Of a stretch of 32,000 bases of DNA, positions 20,585 through 29,888 are shown piece by piece (position 1 is the stretch's first letter; every line of letters starts with the position of its first letter). Under the pieces are notes generated by a model. That model was not told the origin of the DNA and ran no database searches. It saw only the letters and a program-made list of their open reading frames with translations. The position numbers were made by a program, and so were the translations under genes. Location of the stretch: positions 120,001 through 152,000 of the forward strand of contig NC_017039.1 in NCBI RefSeq assembly GCF_000284455.1, given 5' to 3'. This DNA is from Synechocystis sp. PCC 6803 substr. PCC-P. GTDB lineage: Bacteria; Cyanobacteriota; Cyanobacteriia; Cyanobacteriales; Microcystaceae.

Positions 20585-21007
20585 ATGAGATTAATTAAAC
20601 AAATTGTGGCTTTTCTTTTGCTTTCCCTGGGAATTCCTTTGGGGCTCTACTGTGTGGTGGAAATTTTCGACTCCACTAAGTCCCAGGAAGACCGGGATGG
20701 AGCGGCGGCGGCTCTGATGATTTTTTCCCTGCCCATGAGTGCCCTGGGGGGTGGGCTACTCTGGAGTGCGGTCCATGATGGCAGAAAGCAACAACAACAA
20801 ATCACTATGGCGACCTCGGAGAACCTCAGAAAAATTTTCTTCCAAATTCTAGAGGAAAATAAAAACACCATTACGGTTTTACAGTTTTGCAAGGCCGCAG
20901 AAATTGATGGTAAGGAAGCCAAAGAATATTTGGACCAAAAGGCGATTGAGTTCAATGCCACCTTTGAAGCTAGTGAGTCCGGTGGTATTATTTATAAATT
21001 TCCCTAA
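20585..21007 (+). CDS. Hypothetical protein, N-terminal membrane segments
   Basis: 140 aa; two hydrophobic segments (IVAFLLLSLGIPLGLYCVVEIF; ALMIFSLPMSALGGGLLWSAV) then a soluble domain. Confidence 0.65.
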   Translation: MRLIKQIVAFLLLSLGIPLGLYCVVEIFDSTKSQEDRDGAAAALMIFSLPMSALGGGLLWSAVHDGRKQQQQITMATSENLRKIFFQILEENKNTITVLQFCKAAEIDGKEAKEYLDQKAIEFNATFEASESGGIIYKFP

Positions 21008-21096
21008 ATTTGAACAATGTAGTTTATCTAACATTGTTACACTCGCTTTTTTGGAAATCTCTAGCAATCTTAGCATTAAATATGTAATTATAGTTA

Positions 21097-21446
21097 TAGT
21101 TATTTCAAATAAGAGTGAAGCACTAGACGATGCAATAAGACCGAATCACTTCATCAAGGGATGTTCCGACAGGGGCATACATTCTGATTCTTTTTAACGC
21201 ACTAAAATCATGCTCAATATCATTTAAATCAGGAGAGTACTTCGGTAAAAATACAACCTCACGACCGGCTTCTTTAACCAATTCTTTAATGGCATTTTTA
21301 CGATGAATGGAAGCATTATCCATTGTTAAGACTGATGGAATGCTGAGTGATGCTAAAAGATACACTCTCAACCATCCTTCAAAGCCTTCTGCATTCAAGC
21401 TTCCTGTAAAGATCATTGGTGCAATTATAGCTGATTAGTACGACTA
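21097..21446 (-). pseudogene. Internally deleted ISY100-like IS remnant (C-terminal 97 aa of transposase retained)
   Basis: ORF 21123..21416 (MIFTGSLNAEGFEGWLRVYLLASLSIPSVLTMDNASIHR...DLNDIEHDFSALKRIRMY) is close to the C-terminus of the 3.5-kb copy; TATAGTTATTTCAAATAA at 21095 and inverted TATAGTCGTACTAAT ending at 21448. Confidence 0.85.
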
Positions 21447-21602
21447 TAAGGTACTAGAGTATTAGGAGTTCAACAAAGACTAATAATAAAATTTTCTATG
21501 ATAATAAAAGCGAAAATGACAATTTAGGCATTTAAACTAAATATTTAAAATGGTCTTAATTGTGAAAATTTTACGCAATTTATAGTTATCGATAAATGCT
21601 AT

Positions 21603-22442
21603 TTGTTTTTCTTATACCTCCCAGATAATCTTTATAAAAACGTCTTCATGGATTCACAAAACTCTTCTTTTTCTCCAGCGGTTTATTTTGTTGGGGCGGG
21701 CCCCGGTGATCCGGATTTATTGACCATTAAGGGGCAAAAGCTTTTGCAGGCGGCGGATTTAGTCCTCTATGCCGATTCCTTGGTGCCCAAACAAATTTTG
21801 GCGGACGTCAGACCCCAGGCGGAATGTGTTGCCACCGGGAATAAAACCTTGGAAACCATTGTGCCTTTGATGATCACAGCGGTGCGCCAAGGCAAGATTG
21901 TGGTGCGACTCCATTCCGGCGATCTAACCCTCTACAGCGCCATCCACGAACAAATGCAAGCCCTGGGAGAAGCGGATATTCCCTTTGTCTGTGTGCCGGG
22001 TATTAGCGCCTTTCAAGCGGCGGCGGCGATCTTAAACTGTGAACTTACGGTGCCTGATCTCGTGCAAACCATTGTGCTAACCCGCATTAGTGGTGCGGCT
22101 TCGGCGGTGCCAGAACGGGAAGAGTTAGCAGGTTTAGCGTACCACCAAGCTAGTTTGGGGTTATACCTGGCGGCGCGCCATGTGGAAAAAGCTCAGAACC
22201 AATTGTTAGAGCATTATCCCGGCGACACTCCCGTAGCGGTTTGTTTTCGGGTGGGTTGGCCCGATGAAAAGATTTGGTTAGTGCCCTTGGCAGAAATGGC
22301 AGCCTTAAGTTTGCGGGAAAATTTAATCCGCACCACCCTTTACCTGATTAGCCCAGCTTTAAAGACTGATTTACCCCGGCGATCGCGCCTTTATCATCCC
22401 GACCATAGCCATTTATTCCGTCCAGTCCGTCCCCTATTGTGA
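21603..22442 (+). CDS. cobM: Precorrin-4 C11-methyltransferase
   Basis: SAM tetrapyrrole methylase motifs VYFVGAGPGDPDLLTIKG, ADLVLYADSLVP, LHSGDLTLYSAIHEQM, VPGISAFQAAAA. Start may be at an internal ATG about 45 nt downstream (MDSQNSS...). Confidence 0.93.
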   Translation: MFFLYLPDNLYKNVFMDSQNSSFSPAVYFVGAGPGDPDLLTIKGQKLLQAADLVLYADSLVPKQILADVRPQAECVATGNKTLETIVPLMITAVRQGKIVVRLHSGDLTLYSAIHEQMQALGEADIPFVCVPGISAFQAAAAILNCELTVPDLVQTIVLTRISGAASAVPEREELAGLAYHQASLGLYLAARHVEKAQNQLLEHYPGDTPVAVCFRVGWPDEKIWLVPLAEMAALSLRENLIRTTLYLISPALKTDLPRRSRLYHPDHSHLFRPVRPLL

Positions 22443-22558
22443 CAACCAGTTAAGTCTGAGGATATTTTTGCTTTCATAGCTTGTTTTCTTCCTGAGGGAA
22501 GTTAGGATTAGTGATGGGGGTTATTCCCTCCAAAAAGAATTAGTATTTTCTCCTCCCC

Positions 22559-22981
22559 ATGAGCTGGATTCCCCCCTACCGTCCCCAACAATTGTCCCTG
22601 GGCCCCCTGGAGCAGGAAATTTTACAAATTATCTGGCAATTGGGCCAGGCCACGGTGAAAGATATCCACGATCGCATTTTGAGCGACCCTGACCGGGAAT
22701 TGGCCTACTCTTCGGTAACCACGGTGTTAAATCGGCTCACAAAGAAGGGCTGGTTAGTGTGCCATCGCCAGGGCAAAGCCTTTATTTGGACGGCAAGGGT
22801 GAGTGCAGACCAGGCCAAAGCGGTGCAGTCCTACGAACAATTACAGCAGTTTTTGGCCATTAGCAATCCCGATGTGGTGGCCGCCTTTGCTGACAGTTTA
22901 GACACCGCTAGCATTGACCAGTTAACGGCGATCGCCGATCGTTTGCGGGCGGCCCGACAACAGCGACAGGAGGAGAAATAA
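22559..22981 (+). CDS. BlaI/MecI/CopY-family winged-helix regulator
   Basis: LGPLEQEILQIIWQLGQATVKDIHDRI, YSSVTTVLNRLTKKGWLVCHRQGKAFIWTA. Confidence 0.88.
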   Translation: MSWIPPYRPQQLSLGPLEQEILQIIWQLGQATVKDIHDRILSDPDRELAYSSVTTVLNRLTKKGWLVCHRQGKAFIWTARVSADQAKAVQSYEQLQQFLAISNPDVVAAFADSLDTASIDQLTAIADRLRAARQQRQEEK

Positions 22982-23826
22982 TGCACAGTATTTTGTTTGC
23001 CATTGCAGTTTTAATTGCCTTTGGCCTGCGTTGGGCCATTCGTTGCTGGCCGGGCGGATTATCTTGGTCCATAGCGTTAGGCTTTTTTGCCCTTCCCCCC
23101 CTACTGTTGATTACCACTAGCATGGCGATCGCCTGGATGGGCTGTGGTTGGATGTTTGGCTTCCCCGCTAGCATGGGCAGTCACTTTCTCGCTTGGCTAT
23201 TTTTGCTCTGGACAGCAGTTTGTGTTGCCAACCTTACCTGGCAAACTTGGCAAACGTTGGCGGCGGTAAAAGTTCATCCGTTGGCCGATTGGCAAGGACA
23301 AAAAATTCGTCTTTTGGATACTCCTTTTCCCTACAGCGCCCAGGTGGGATTATGGTCACCGGAACTGGTAGTAAGTCAGGGTTTATTGAAATTGCTGTCT
23401 CCGGAACAGGTAAATGCGGTCTTAGCCCATGAAAATGCCCATCGTTTTTACCGGGATACTTGGACGTTTTTCTGGTTAGGATGCCTGCGTCGCCTAACTT
23501 TTTGGCTACCGGAAACGGAATCTTTATGGCAGGAATTACTGTGGCAGAGGGAATGTCGAGCCGATCGCCATGGGGCAAAAAACTGTGATCCCTTGCTCCT
23601 GGCGGAAGCCCTGGCCCTAGTGTCCCAAAATTCCATCGTTGCCAATCCCATTCCTTTGGCAGTGCCCTTTTCTGGTCAACAAGACCGCTTACTAGCCCGC
23701 ATTGACCATTTACTAGGTTTTTCCATTACCCCGGATTCCCACCGTTTAGCTAGCTGGGTTGGATCTTTCCTTCTCCTGGTGATCGCCATTTTGCCCCTGA
23801 TTTTGATTCCTTTACATATAAAGTAA
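22981..23826 (+). CDS. M56 (BlaR1/MecR1-like) membrane metallopeptidase without C-terminal sensor domain
   Basis: Hydrophobic N-terminus, zinc motif LAHENAHRFYRD (HExxH), ECRADRHGAK; start codon overlaps the upstream stop (TAATG) after AGGAGG. Confidence 0.85.
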   Translation: MHSILFAIAVLIAFGLRWAIRCWPGGLSWSIALGFFALPPLLLITTSMAIAWMGCGWMFGFPASMGSHFLAWLFLLWTAVCVANLTWQTWQTLAAVKVHPLADWQGQKIRLLDTPFPYSAQVGLWSPELVVSQGLLKLLSPEQVNAVLAHENAHRFYRDTWTFFWLGCLRRLTFWLPETESLWQELLWQRECRADRHGAKNCDPLLLAEALALVSQNSIVANPIPLAVPFSGQQDRLLARIDHLLGFSITPDSHRLASWVGSFLLLVIAILPLILIPLHIK

Positions 23827-23855
23827 GTTCAAGCTATTCAGGTGAGATTTTAAGT

Positions 23856-23995
23856 AATACCAAATTTTAAAATGATAGATACGATTCCTAATCCCCCCGC
23901 CTATCGGCTTCCCCCCTTCTCAACCGGAGCTTTAGTGAGGAGGGCTAGGGGGGATATCTCTTGACCCGTCGCTGGAATTTAACGAATTGGTATAA
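23856..23995. repeat. Possible MITE-like or dispersed repeat element (~140 bp)
   Basis: Imperfect terminal inverted repeats TAATACCAAATTTTAAAAT ... AATTTAACGAATTGGTATA, non-coding interior with C-run/G-run complementarity (cccccc...gggggg). Confidence 0.45.
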
Positions 23996-24060
23996 CAATT
24001 ATCACTCCTGTAAAAGTTCCCAAGATCATTTCTCTTAAGACATTTAAGAATTTTTTTAAC

Positions 24061-24543
24061 ATGGCCACTGCCTTAGAAACTAATCAACCAGCCCCGACTT
24101 TCTCCGCCCCCAATGCTGAGGGGAAAACAATTTCCTCCGATGATTTTTTGGGGCAGTGGTTAGTGCTTTATTTTTACCCCAAAGACAATACCCCCGGTTG
24201 CACCACTGAAGCGATAGATTTTAGCGAAAAGTTACCGGAATTTACAGATTTAAATGCTGTTGTTGTCGGTGTTAGTCCGGATTCGGAAAAAAGTCACGGC
24301 AAATTTATTGACAAGCATAATTTAACCGTTCAACTGCTCAGTGATCCGGAACACGAATTAGCGGCAGCCTATGGCGCTTGGGGACCGAAAAAGTTTATGG
24401 GCAAAGAGTGTGAAGGCATTCTTCGTTCTACTTTTTTGATCAATCCCCAGGGGAATATTGCCCACATTTGGCCTAATGTCCGGGTTAAGGGCCACGCAGA
24501 AAAGGTATTGGAGAAATTGCAACAGTTGAATAGCGCTGATTAG
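24061..24543 (+). CDS. bcp: Peroxiredoxin Q / bacterioferritin comigratory protein
   Basis: LVLYFYPKDNTPGCTTEAIDFSEKLPEF...GVSPDSEKSHGKFIDKHNL. Confidence 0.93.
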   Translation: MATALETNQPAPTFSAPNAEGKTISSDDFLGQWLVLYFYPKDNTPGCTTEAIDFSEKLPEFTDLNAVVVGVSPDSEKSHGKFIDKHNLTVQLLSDPEHELAAAYGAWGPKKFMGKECEGILRSTFLINPQGNIAHIWPNVRVKGHAEKVLEKLQQLNSAD

Positions 24544-24554
24544 TTAATTGTTTA

Positions 24555-25081
24555 TGCGAAAATCACTTTCGGGCAAGCAAATCCTTCAGCCTTGGCAGAG
24601 TTTCAGCGTTAACCTAATCGATTTTTATCGGTATCGATTGCTAAATTGGTTAACCCTTGGTTTGATTTGCTTCAGTTTAAATGCCTGTCAAAGTGCCCCG
24701 CCCCCTTTGGAATTTGCCCCTGACGGTGCGGTGGTACAGCAAGCAATTACTTTCCAACTTAATCGTACCCAAACTGCCCTGAGCCAACATTTAAACGCCC
24801 CGACCCCAGATTTTGAAATTAGCAAAATCAATGTCAAAAATATTGAGGCGATCGCCGTGGATAATTTACCGGCCTATCACCTGACTGGGGGATATGATTT
24901 AAAACTAATTTTGCCCCGGCAAACGGTGACTCAAAAACAGAATCCCTTCGATCTTTACCTACAGCGGCAAAGTGAAGGCAAAAGTTGGCGGTTGTTAAAA
25001 AAAGACATTGACCCCCGCACTAACGAGGAAAAATGGGGCAGTTATCTAGTGGAGCTACAAGCAACGGAGCCCGAAAGTTAA
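24555..25081 (+). CDS. Hypothetical lipoprotein-like protein
   Basis: ORF with hydrophobic N-terminal segment LLNWLTLGLICFSLNACQS (lipobox-like LNAC); exact start uncertain. Confidence 0.6.
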
Positions 25082-25163
25082 CTAAGTTGACGGGTTAAAA
25101 ACTAAAATTCACCTTGGCTAGAGAGAATTAGCAATTAACTTTGGCTTTCCCACCATTGCCCGT

Positions 25164-25541
25164 CTAAGAATTTTCCAGCCATGTTTCCACACTTTTCACC
25201 TTTTCATCCATGGTTTGGGGGCGATCAGTGCGGGTACCAAAACGCATGCTGGAAGTGATGCGGGGGGCTCCCAGGGCATGGACAGCTTCATGGCAAGCCT
25301 TAACTGCGGCAAAAACTTCGTCCCAATCCCCTTCAATGTTGGTGCCGTAGGCATGCATGGTATGTTTCAGCCCCGCTTCGGCCAGTACTTTCTGGCAAGC
25401 GGCCACATACTGACCCACGGAAACCCCCACACCCAGGGGCACAACACATAAATCCACAATCACGTTCATAGCTTTTACTCGTCGGTAATGGCTGACGACA
25501 ATCTCAAATTTCCCTAGATTTTGACACACTCCTGCCGTCAA
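25164..25541 (-). CDS. MTH1187/YkoF-family (thiamine-binding-like) protein
   Basis: VIVDLCVVPLGVGVSVGQYVAACQKVLAEAGLKHTMHAYGTNIEGDWDEVFAAVKACHEAVHALGAPRITSSMRFGTRTD. The conserved domain probably starts at MNVIVDL. Confidence 0.82.
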   Translation of the reverse strand: MTAGVCQNLGKFEIVVSHYRRVKAMNVIVDLCVVPLGVGVSVGQYVAACQKVLAEAGLKHTMHAYGTNIEGDWDEVFAAVKACHEAVHALGAPRITSSMRFGTRTDRPQTMDEKVKSVETWLENS

Positions 25542-25760
25542 TTGGAGGGGCAGGTTAGCTGTTGATATGGGTATTGGGTTAGGAGTTCCCTAGAACCATG
25601 GCCCACCAAGGCTGAGAAAGTCCGCAACAAGTCGTTAAATTTCTGCGCTTGCATTGGCCTTATTCTGAAGGGATAAGGCTTAACCGAGGAGGGCTTGCCG
25701 TTATCAATCTCCATGGCACGGTGAGACTCTCCCTGAACCGATTCAAGGAACTCAATTATC

Positions 25761-26615
25761 ATGCTTAGCAAAATTTTATACGCAGATTCTGGCACCAGCC
25801 AAACCCAAGAAATGCTCAAGGCCATGATGGACTTTCCGGCGGTGCAAAAGGCATCGATCACGATTTTGCACGTGGTTCCGCCCCAAATTACCACGGAGGC
25901 ATTCACGGAAAAATGGGCCGAGGGCGGTAAAATCCTGGCGGACTTGTTGGAGGATGTGGCCATCGAACCCAGTAAGGTTTCCACCGTGTTGCGCCAAGGA
26001 GACCCCAAGGGAGTGGTGTGTGATGTGGCCAACGAAATTGATGCGGACCTGATTATTATGGGTTCCCGGGGCTTGAAACGGTTGGAAGCCATTCTAGAAA
26101 ATTCTGTTAGTCAGTATGTATTTCAACTGACCAATCACCCCATGTTGTTGGTGAAGGACGATATTTACGTTAAGCGCATTAAACGGGTCATGGTGGCCCT
26201 AGATAAGTCAGCGGCGGCGGAGTATGCGTTGGAACTGGCCCTGGAGCTTTTGCGGGATTATCCAGAAGGGGAATTAATTCTAGCTCGGGTGAACCCCGAC
26301 CTGAAGCCGGATCTACTACCCCTTTCCCGGCAAGAAATTGAGGAAAACCCCGTCCTAGCTCCGGCGATCGCCAAGGCGAAGCGTTTGGGCATTGCCTATC
26401 GTTGCACTGTAACGGGGGGTAAGCCAGGGGAAAAACTATGCGAATTGGCGGAGGATTACAATGCTGACTTGATGCTGTTGGGTTCCCCCGATCGCCGGCC
26501 CTCCATTGCCAAGAGTTTGCCAGATTTAGACCGACTATTGGGCACTTCCCTATCGGACTATATTCGGGTCAATGCCCCCTGTCCGGTGTTACTAACTCGC
26601 AAAGAAGGGATCTAA
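25761..26615 (+). CDS. Universal stress protein, two tandem USP domains
   Basis: Two UspA-like repeats, each starting with a Met/Val-Leu-Asp/Ala segment and ending in a G(S)xG...S...V..PVLLV/T block: MGSRGLKRLEAILENSVSQYVFQLTNHPMLLVK and LGSPDRRPSIAKSLPDLDRLLGTSLSDYIRVNAPCPVLLTRK. Confidence 0.9.
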   Translation: MLSKILYADSGTSQTQEMLKAMMDFPAVQKASITILHVVPPQITTEAFTEKWAEGGKILADLLEDVAIEPSKVSTVLRQGDPKGVVCDVANEIDADLIIMGSRGLKRLEAILENSVSQYVFQLTNHPMLLVKDDIYVKRIKRVMVALDKSAAAEYALELALELLRDYPEGELILARVNPDLKPDLLPLSRQEIEENPVLAPAIAKAKRLGIAYRCTVTGGKPGEKLCELAEDYNADLMLLGSPDRRPSIAKSLPDLDRLLGTSLSDYIRVNAPCPVLLTRKEGI

Positions 26616-26659
26616 TTTCAATTAAAGGCGAAATATTTACCCAGGGTTTAACTATCGGC

Positions 26660-26688
26660 AAAAAAAGGGGCTGGATCAACTCCGCCCC
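26660..26688 (-). terminator. Strong intrinsic terminator on the minus strand, downstream of psbM
   Basis: Minus strand reads GGGGCGGAGTTGATCCAGCCCCTTTTTTT: 8-bp stem (one bulge), 5-nt loop, U7 tail. Confidence 0.88.
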
Positions 26689-26723
26689 TGACTCTGTTCT
26701 GTTTGACAATGGTTAACCAAGGC

Positions 26724-26831
26724 TTAGCTTTCGCTTTGTTTCCCGGTTTGAATAAACAGGATCAACAGGAAAACCGTTGGCACCAACACAAATAAAATAC
26801 TTGCTATAAAGCCGAGATTGTTAACTTGCAT
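26724..26831 (-). CDS. psbM: Photosystem II reaction centre protein M (35 aa), absent from the supplied ORF track
   Basis: Manual translation of the minus strand: [35 protein letters not shown], a recognisable PsbM with a single TM helix. Confidence 0.97.
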
Positions 26832-26979
26832 AGCCTAAACTGCCTCGATCTTAAATTTGGCTCAATACCCTACCTAGAATAGCATTGGTGGGTCATGGCC
26901 CTGGGGCAATGGCTGAAGGGCTGGCCAAACTTTTTGCTCCGCCTTCTCCGCCTAATTTTACTATCCACCACCACTTACC

Positions 26980-27894
26980 ATGGTCGCTATTATTTACAGC
27001 GCAGAGTTTTTGCGCCACGAAACTGGCCCCACCCACCCCGAGTGTCCGGCCCGACTGACGGCGATCGCCACTGCTTTACGGAAGATGCCCGGAGCGAATT
27101 ACCTCCATTGGCAAAAGCCTTCCCCGGTGACGTGGAATTTAGATCCATACATCCTCCGATGCCATAGCCAGGAATATTTAAACAAATTGGCGAAATTGGC
27201 TGAGCTAGGGGGCGGTTCCCTCGATGCGGATACCCCTGTTTCTCCCCAGAGCTATGATGTAGCCCGCTTGGCGGTGCGGGCCTGGCTAGATGGGGTTGAC
27301 CATGTCTTAAATCAACGGGAGGCGGTGTTTGTGTTGGCCCGTCCCCCTGGGCACCATGCTATTCGTAACACGGGTATGGGTTTTTGTTTGCTCAACAATG
27401 TGGCGATCGCCGCCCATTACGCCTTAACTAGACCAGGGGTGGAGCGGGTAGCCATCTTAGATTGGGATGTACACCATGGCAATGGCACTGAAGCATTGGT
27501 GGACCATAACCCCCGGATTTTCTATTGTTCCCTGCACCAATTTCCCTGCTATCCCGGCACAGGGGCCGCTGGCGATCGGGGTCAACACGACAATGTGCTT
27601 AATATTCCCCTCAAACCAGGGGGGGATGGCAAAGTTTATCGGGAGGCGTTTGAGCATAAAGTTCTCCCATTTTTACGGCAAGTGAAGCCGGATTTACTCT
27701 TGGTGAGTGCTGGTTATGATGCTAACCACTCCGATCCCTTGGCCTATATGAACCTAATTCCGGAGGATTACGGCATGATGACCCATTATCTGATGGAAAT
27801 ATCTCCCTATCCGGTTTTAGGACTGGAAGGGGGCTACCATTTGCCGAGCTTGGCCAAATCCGTGGTGGAAACCCTCAAGCCTTTATTGTTCTAA
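26980..27894 (+). CDS. Histone deacetylase-family / acetoin utilisation-like protein
   Basis: HPECPARLTAI, RPPGHHAIRNTGMGFCLLNNVAIAAHYA, ILDWDVHHGNGTEAL, LVSAGYDANHSDPLAYMNL, LEGGYHLPSLAKSV. Confidence 0.92.
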   Translation: MVAIIYSAEFLRHETGPTHPECPARLTAIATALRKMPGANYLHWQKPSPVTWNLDPYILRCHSQEYLNKLAKLAELGGGSLDADTPVSPQSYDVARLAVRAWLDGVDHVLNQREAVFVLARPPGHHAIRNTGMGFCLLNNVAIAAHYALTRPGVERVAILDWDVHHGNGTEALVDHNPRIFYCSLHQFPCYPGTGAAGDRGQHDNVLNIPLKPGGDGKVYREAFEHKVLPFLRQVKPDLLLVSAGYDANHSDPLAYMNLIPEDYGMMTHYLMEISPYPVLGLEGGYHLPSLAKSVVETLKPLLF

Positions 27895-28021
27895 GGGAGT
27901 TTGACCCCGGCAAGGTTTGGAATCCGTGGGGCGAGTTTTGCTCTATCCTCCTTTGGGTCTGTGGAAGACTTTTATTCTTTTTTTCCTAAACTTCAGGGAG
28001 ATTTTTGACAACAGAGAATAG

Positions 28022-28942
28022 CTAGAGTTTTTTCCGTTGGGACTCTCCCCAGTAACCCATCAACTTATAGGCTAGTTTAGCGGTAGAAAATTCCGACACC
28101 ACCGAGCCTCGCACTGGGGCCAGTTCCATCAAGTCGCAACCAATTACTTGCTTGGTTTGAAAAAGACGGCGGAAAAAATTTAACCCTTCATACCAACCTA
28201 GCCCCCCCGGTTCAGGGGTGCCGACTCCCGGCATAAACCCCGGATCAAAACCGTCCATATCAATGGTGAGAAAGACTTTTTGTGTGGTGATGCTGGCGAT
28301 CGCCTCGTTAATCCAATTGGGATTATCGGCCATTTCCCTGGCCCAAAACACAGGAATATTTTTTTCCCGAATCAAATCTGCCTCTTCCTGACAAATGGCC
28401 CGAATGGCGATCGGCAGAGTGGGTAAGCCCAATTCCAACACCCGGCGCATTACACAGGCATGGTTATGGCAGGAACCTTCAAATTTGTCCCGCATATCCC
28501 CATGGGCATCAATTTGCACCACCGTAAAAGGCTCCGATGTCCCCCTTTGCATAGCCCGCACTACCCCAGTGGTAATGGCATGTTCCCCACCGATCGCCAC
28601 TACAAATTTACCGTCTTCCACAAAAGGGGCAATGCCGTCACAAACCTCCGTTACCATGGCGTCTCCAGCCAAAGCGGGATGCTTATTGCTGTCCGCCAGG
28701 GGAGCGCAGGTGTAAATACCCAAATCATGGCAGGGGGAAGTGCCCAACTCTTCGTCATAGGCTTCCAACTGGTCCGAAGCTTCTAGCACCGCCTCAGGGC
28801 CATGCTCACAACCCTTACGGTAGGAAGTAGTTGCCTCATAGGGAATGGGCACCACCACCACAGCGGCATCAGCATAGGAGGTAATGGCTTCCGACTCCAG
28901 AAACTGTTTGGGCCCAGAGGTAAATTTATTAGGACTATGCAT
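28022..28942 (-). CDS. speB: Ureohydrolase, agmatinase/arginase family
   Basis: Mn-binding motifs GGEHAITTGV, QIDAHGDMRDKFEGSCHNHACVMRR, TIDMDGFDPGFMPGVGTPEPGGLGW; substrate not determinable from sequence. Confidence 0.88.
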   Translation of the reverse strand: MHSPNKFTSGPKQFLESEAITSYADAAVVVVPIPYEATTSYRKGCEHGPEAVLEASDQLEAYDEELGTSPCHDLGIYTCAPLADSNKHPALAGDAMVTEVCDGIAPFVEDGKFVVAIGGEHAITTGVVRAMQRGTSEPFTVVQIDAHGDMRDKFEGSCHNHACVMRRVLELGLPTLPIAIRAICQEEADLIREKNIPVFWAREMADNPNWINEAIASITTQKVFLTIDMDGFDPGFMPGVGTPEPGGLGWYEGLNFFRRLFQTKQVIGCDLMELAPVRGSVVSEFSTAKLAYKLMGYWGESQRKKL

Positions 28943-29683
28943 CTATTTTTCTAAGTTATTTTGCCCTGTAATTACCTTGGCGGACTGAATCTTGTCCCCC
29001 TGTTTGATTTTCAGCACTACGTCCATACCCTGGGTGACGTAACCAAACACAGCATAATCACCGTCTAAAAATCCCGTTTCATCGGACAGGGTGAAATAAA
29101 ACTGGGAAGAAGCGGAGTCTGGCATTTGGGAGCGGGCCATAGCCACAGCGCCGGTTTTGTGGGGCAGCATCACCGGAAATCCAGCTTGATTGCCCAAGGC
29201 TCGACTGTAGACCGGGGTTTCTGGTGCATTTTCTACTGCAGGGTCCACCTTAATCTCCAAGGGAATATTGCGGGGACGTTGGGTGTTTTTATCCACATAA
29301 CCCCCCGTACCGTCACCTTTGGGGTCTCCCCCCTGGGCCACAAAACCATCTACCACCCTGTGGAAAGTTAAACCGTTGTAGAAGCCCTGTTCCACTAAGT
29401 CAACAAAGTTACCGGCGGTAATCGGCGCATTTTCCCCATCCACTTCAATGATGATTGGTTGGCCATTAACCATCATTTCCACAGTGGCTTTGCCATTTAA
29501 GCGAGGCTTATAGTCTTTATATGGATCCGTTGTTACCTGGGCCACTGGGCTGTTGGTTTCCGTGGGGGAAGGCTCGGCTGAAGAATTGGCAGAGGGCTGA
29601 TTGCAGGCAGTCAGTAAAATGTTGACGACAAAAAAGATGCCCACAAACCAAGTGGCTCGGCTGATATTCGGTAAAATCCTCAT
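28943..29683 (-). CDS. Exported cyclophilin-type peptidyl-prolyl cis-trans isomerase
   Basis: Lipobox-like ILLTACNQ signal; cyclophilin motifs [63 protein letters not shown]. Confidence 0.92.
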
Positions 29684-29888
29684 AAAATCTAATCTCCGTA
29701 ATTGCTAATGGCAACTGCCTTTCATCGTTTATGTAAATTAACCAACTTTAAAGTCCTTGTTAGGAACCTTAGTCCACTTTAGATAACTTTCTAGGGGAAA
29801 TGGGGACCAATTGAACATAACAAACCCCCGTTTCTGCCCTGAATTTGGTGTTCTTGGTAGTGAAATCTGACAGCACGGGAATGGCAAT

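Noticed and set aside
21013-21038. Inverted repeat AACAATGT...ACATTGTT after the 140-aa hypothetical gene
   Set aside because: AT-rich stem with 10-nt loop and the T-run is displaced; too weak to call as a terminator.
25538-26092. 184-aa minus-strand ORF overlapping the USP gene start
   Set aside because: Mostly antisense to a well-supported USP domain and lacks recognisable motifs.
26895-27167. 90-aa ORF preceding the HDAC-family gene
   Set aside because: Overlaps the true HDAC N-terminus in another frame; no domain signature. The conserved protein begins near 26980 (HPECPARLTAI).
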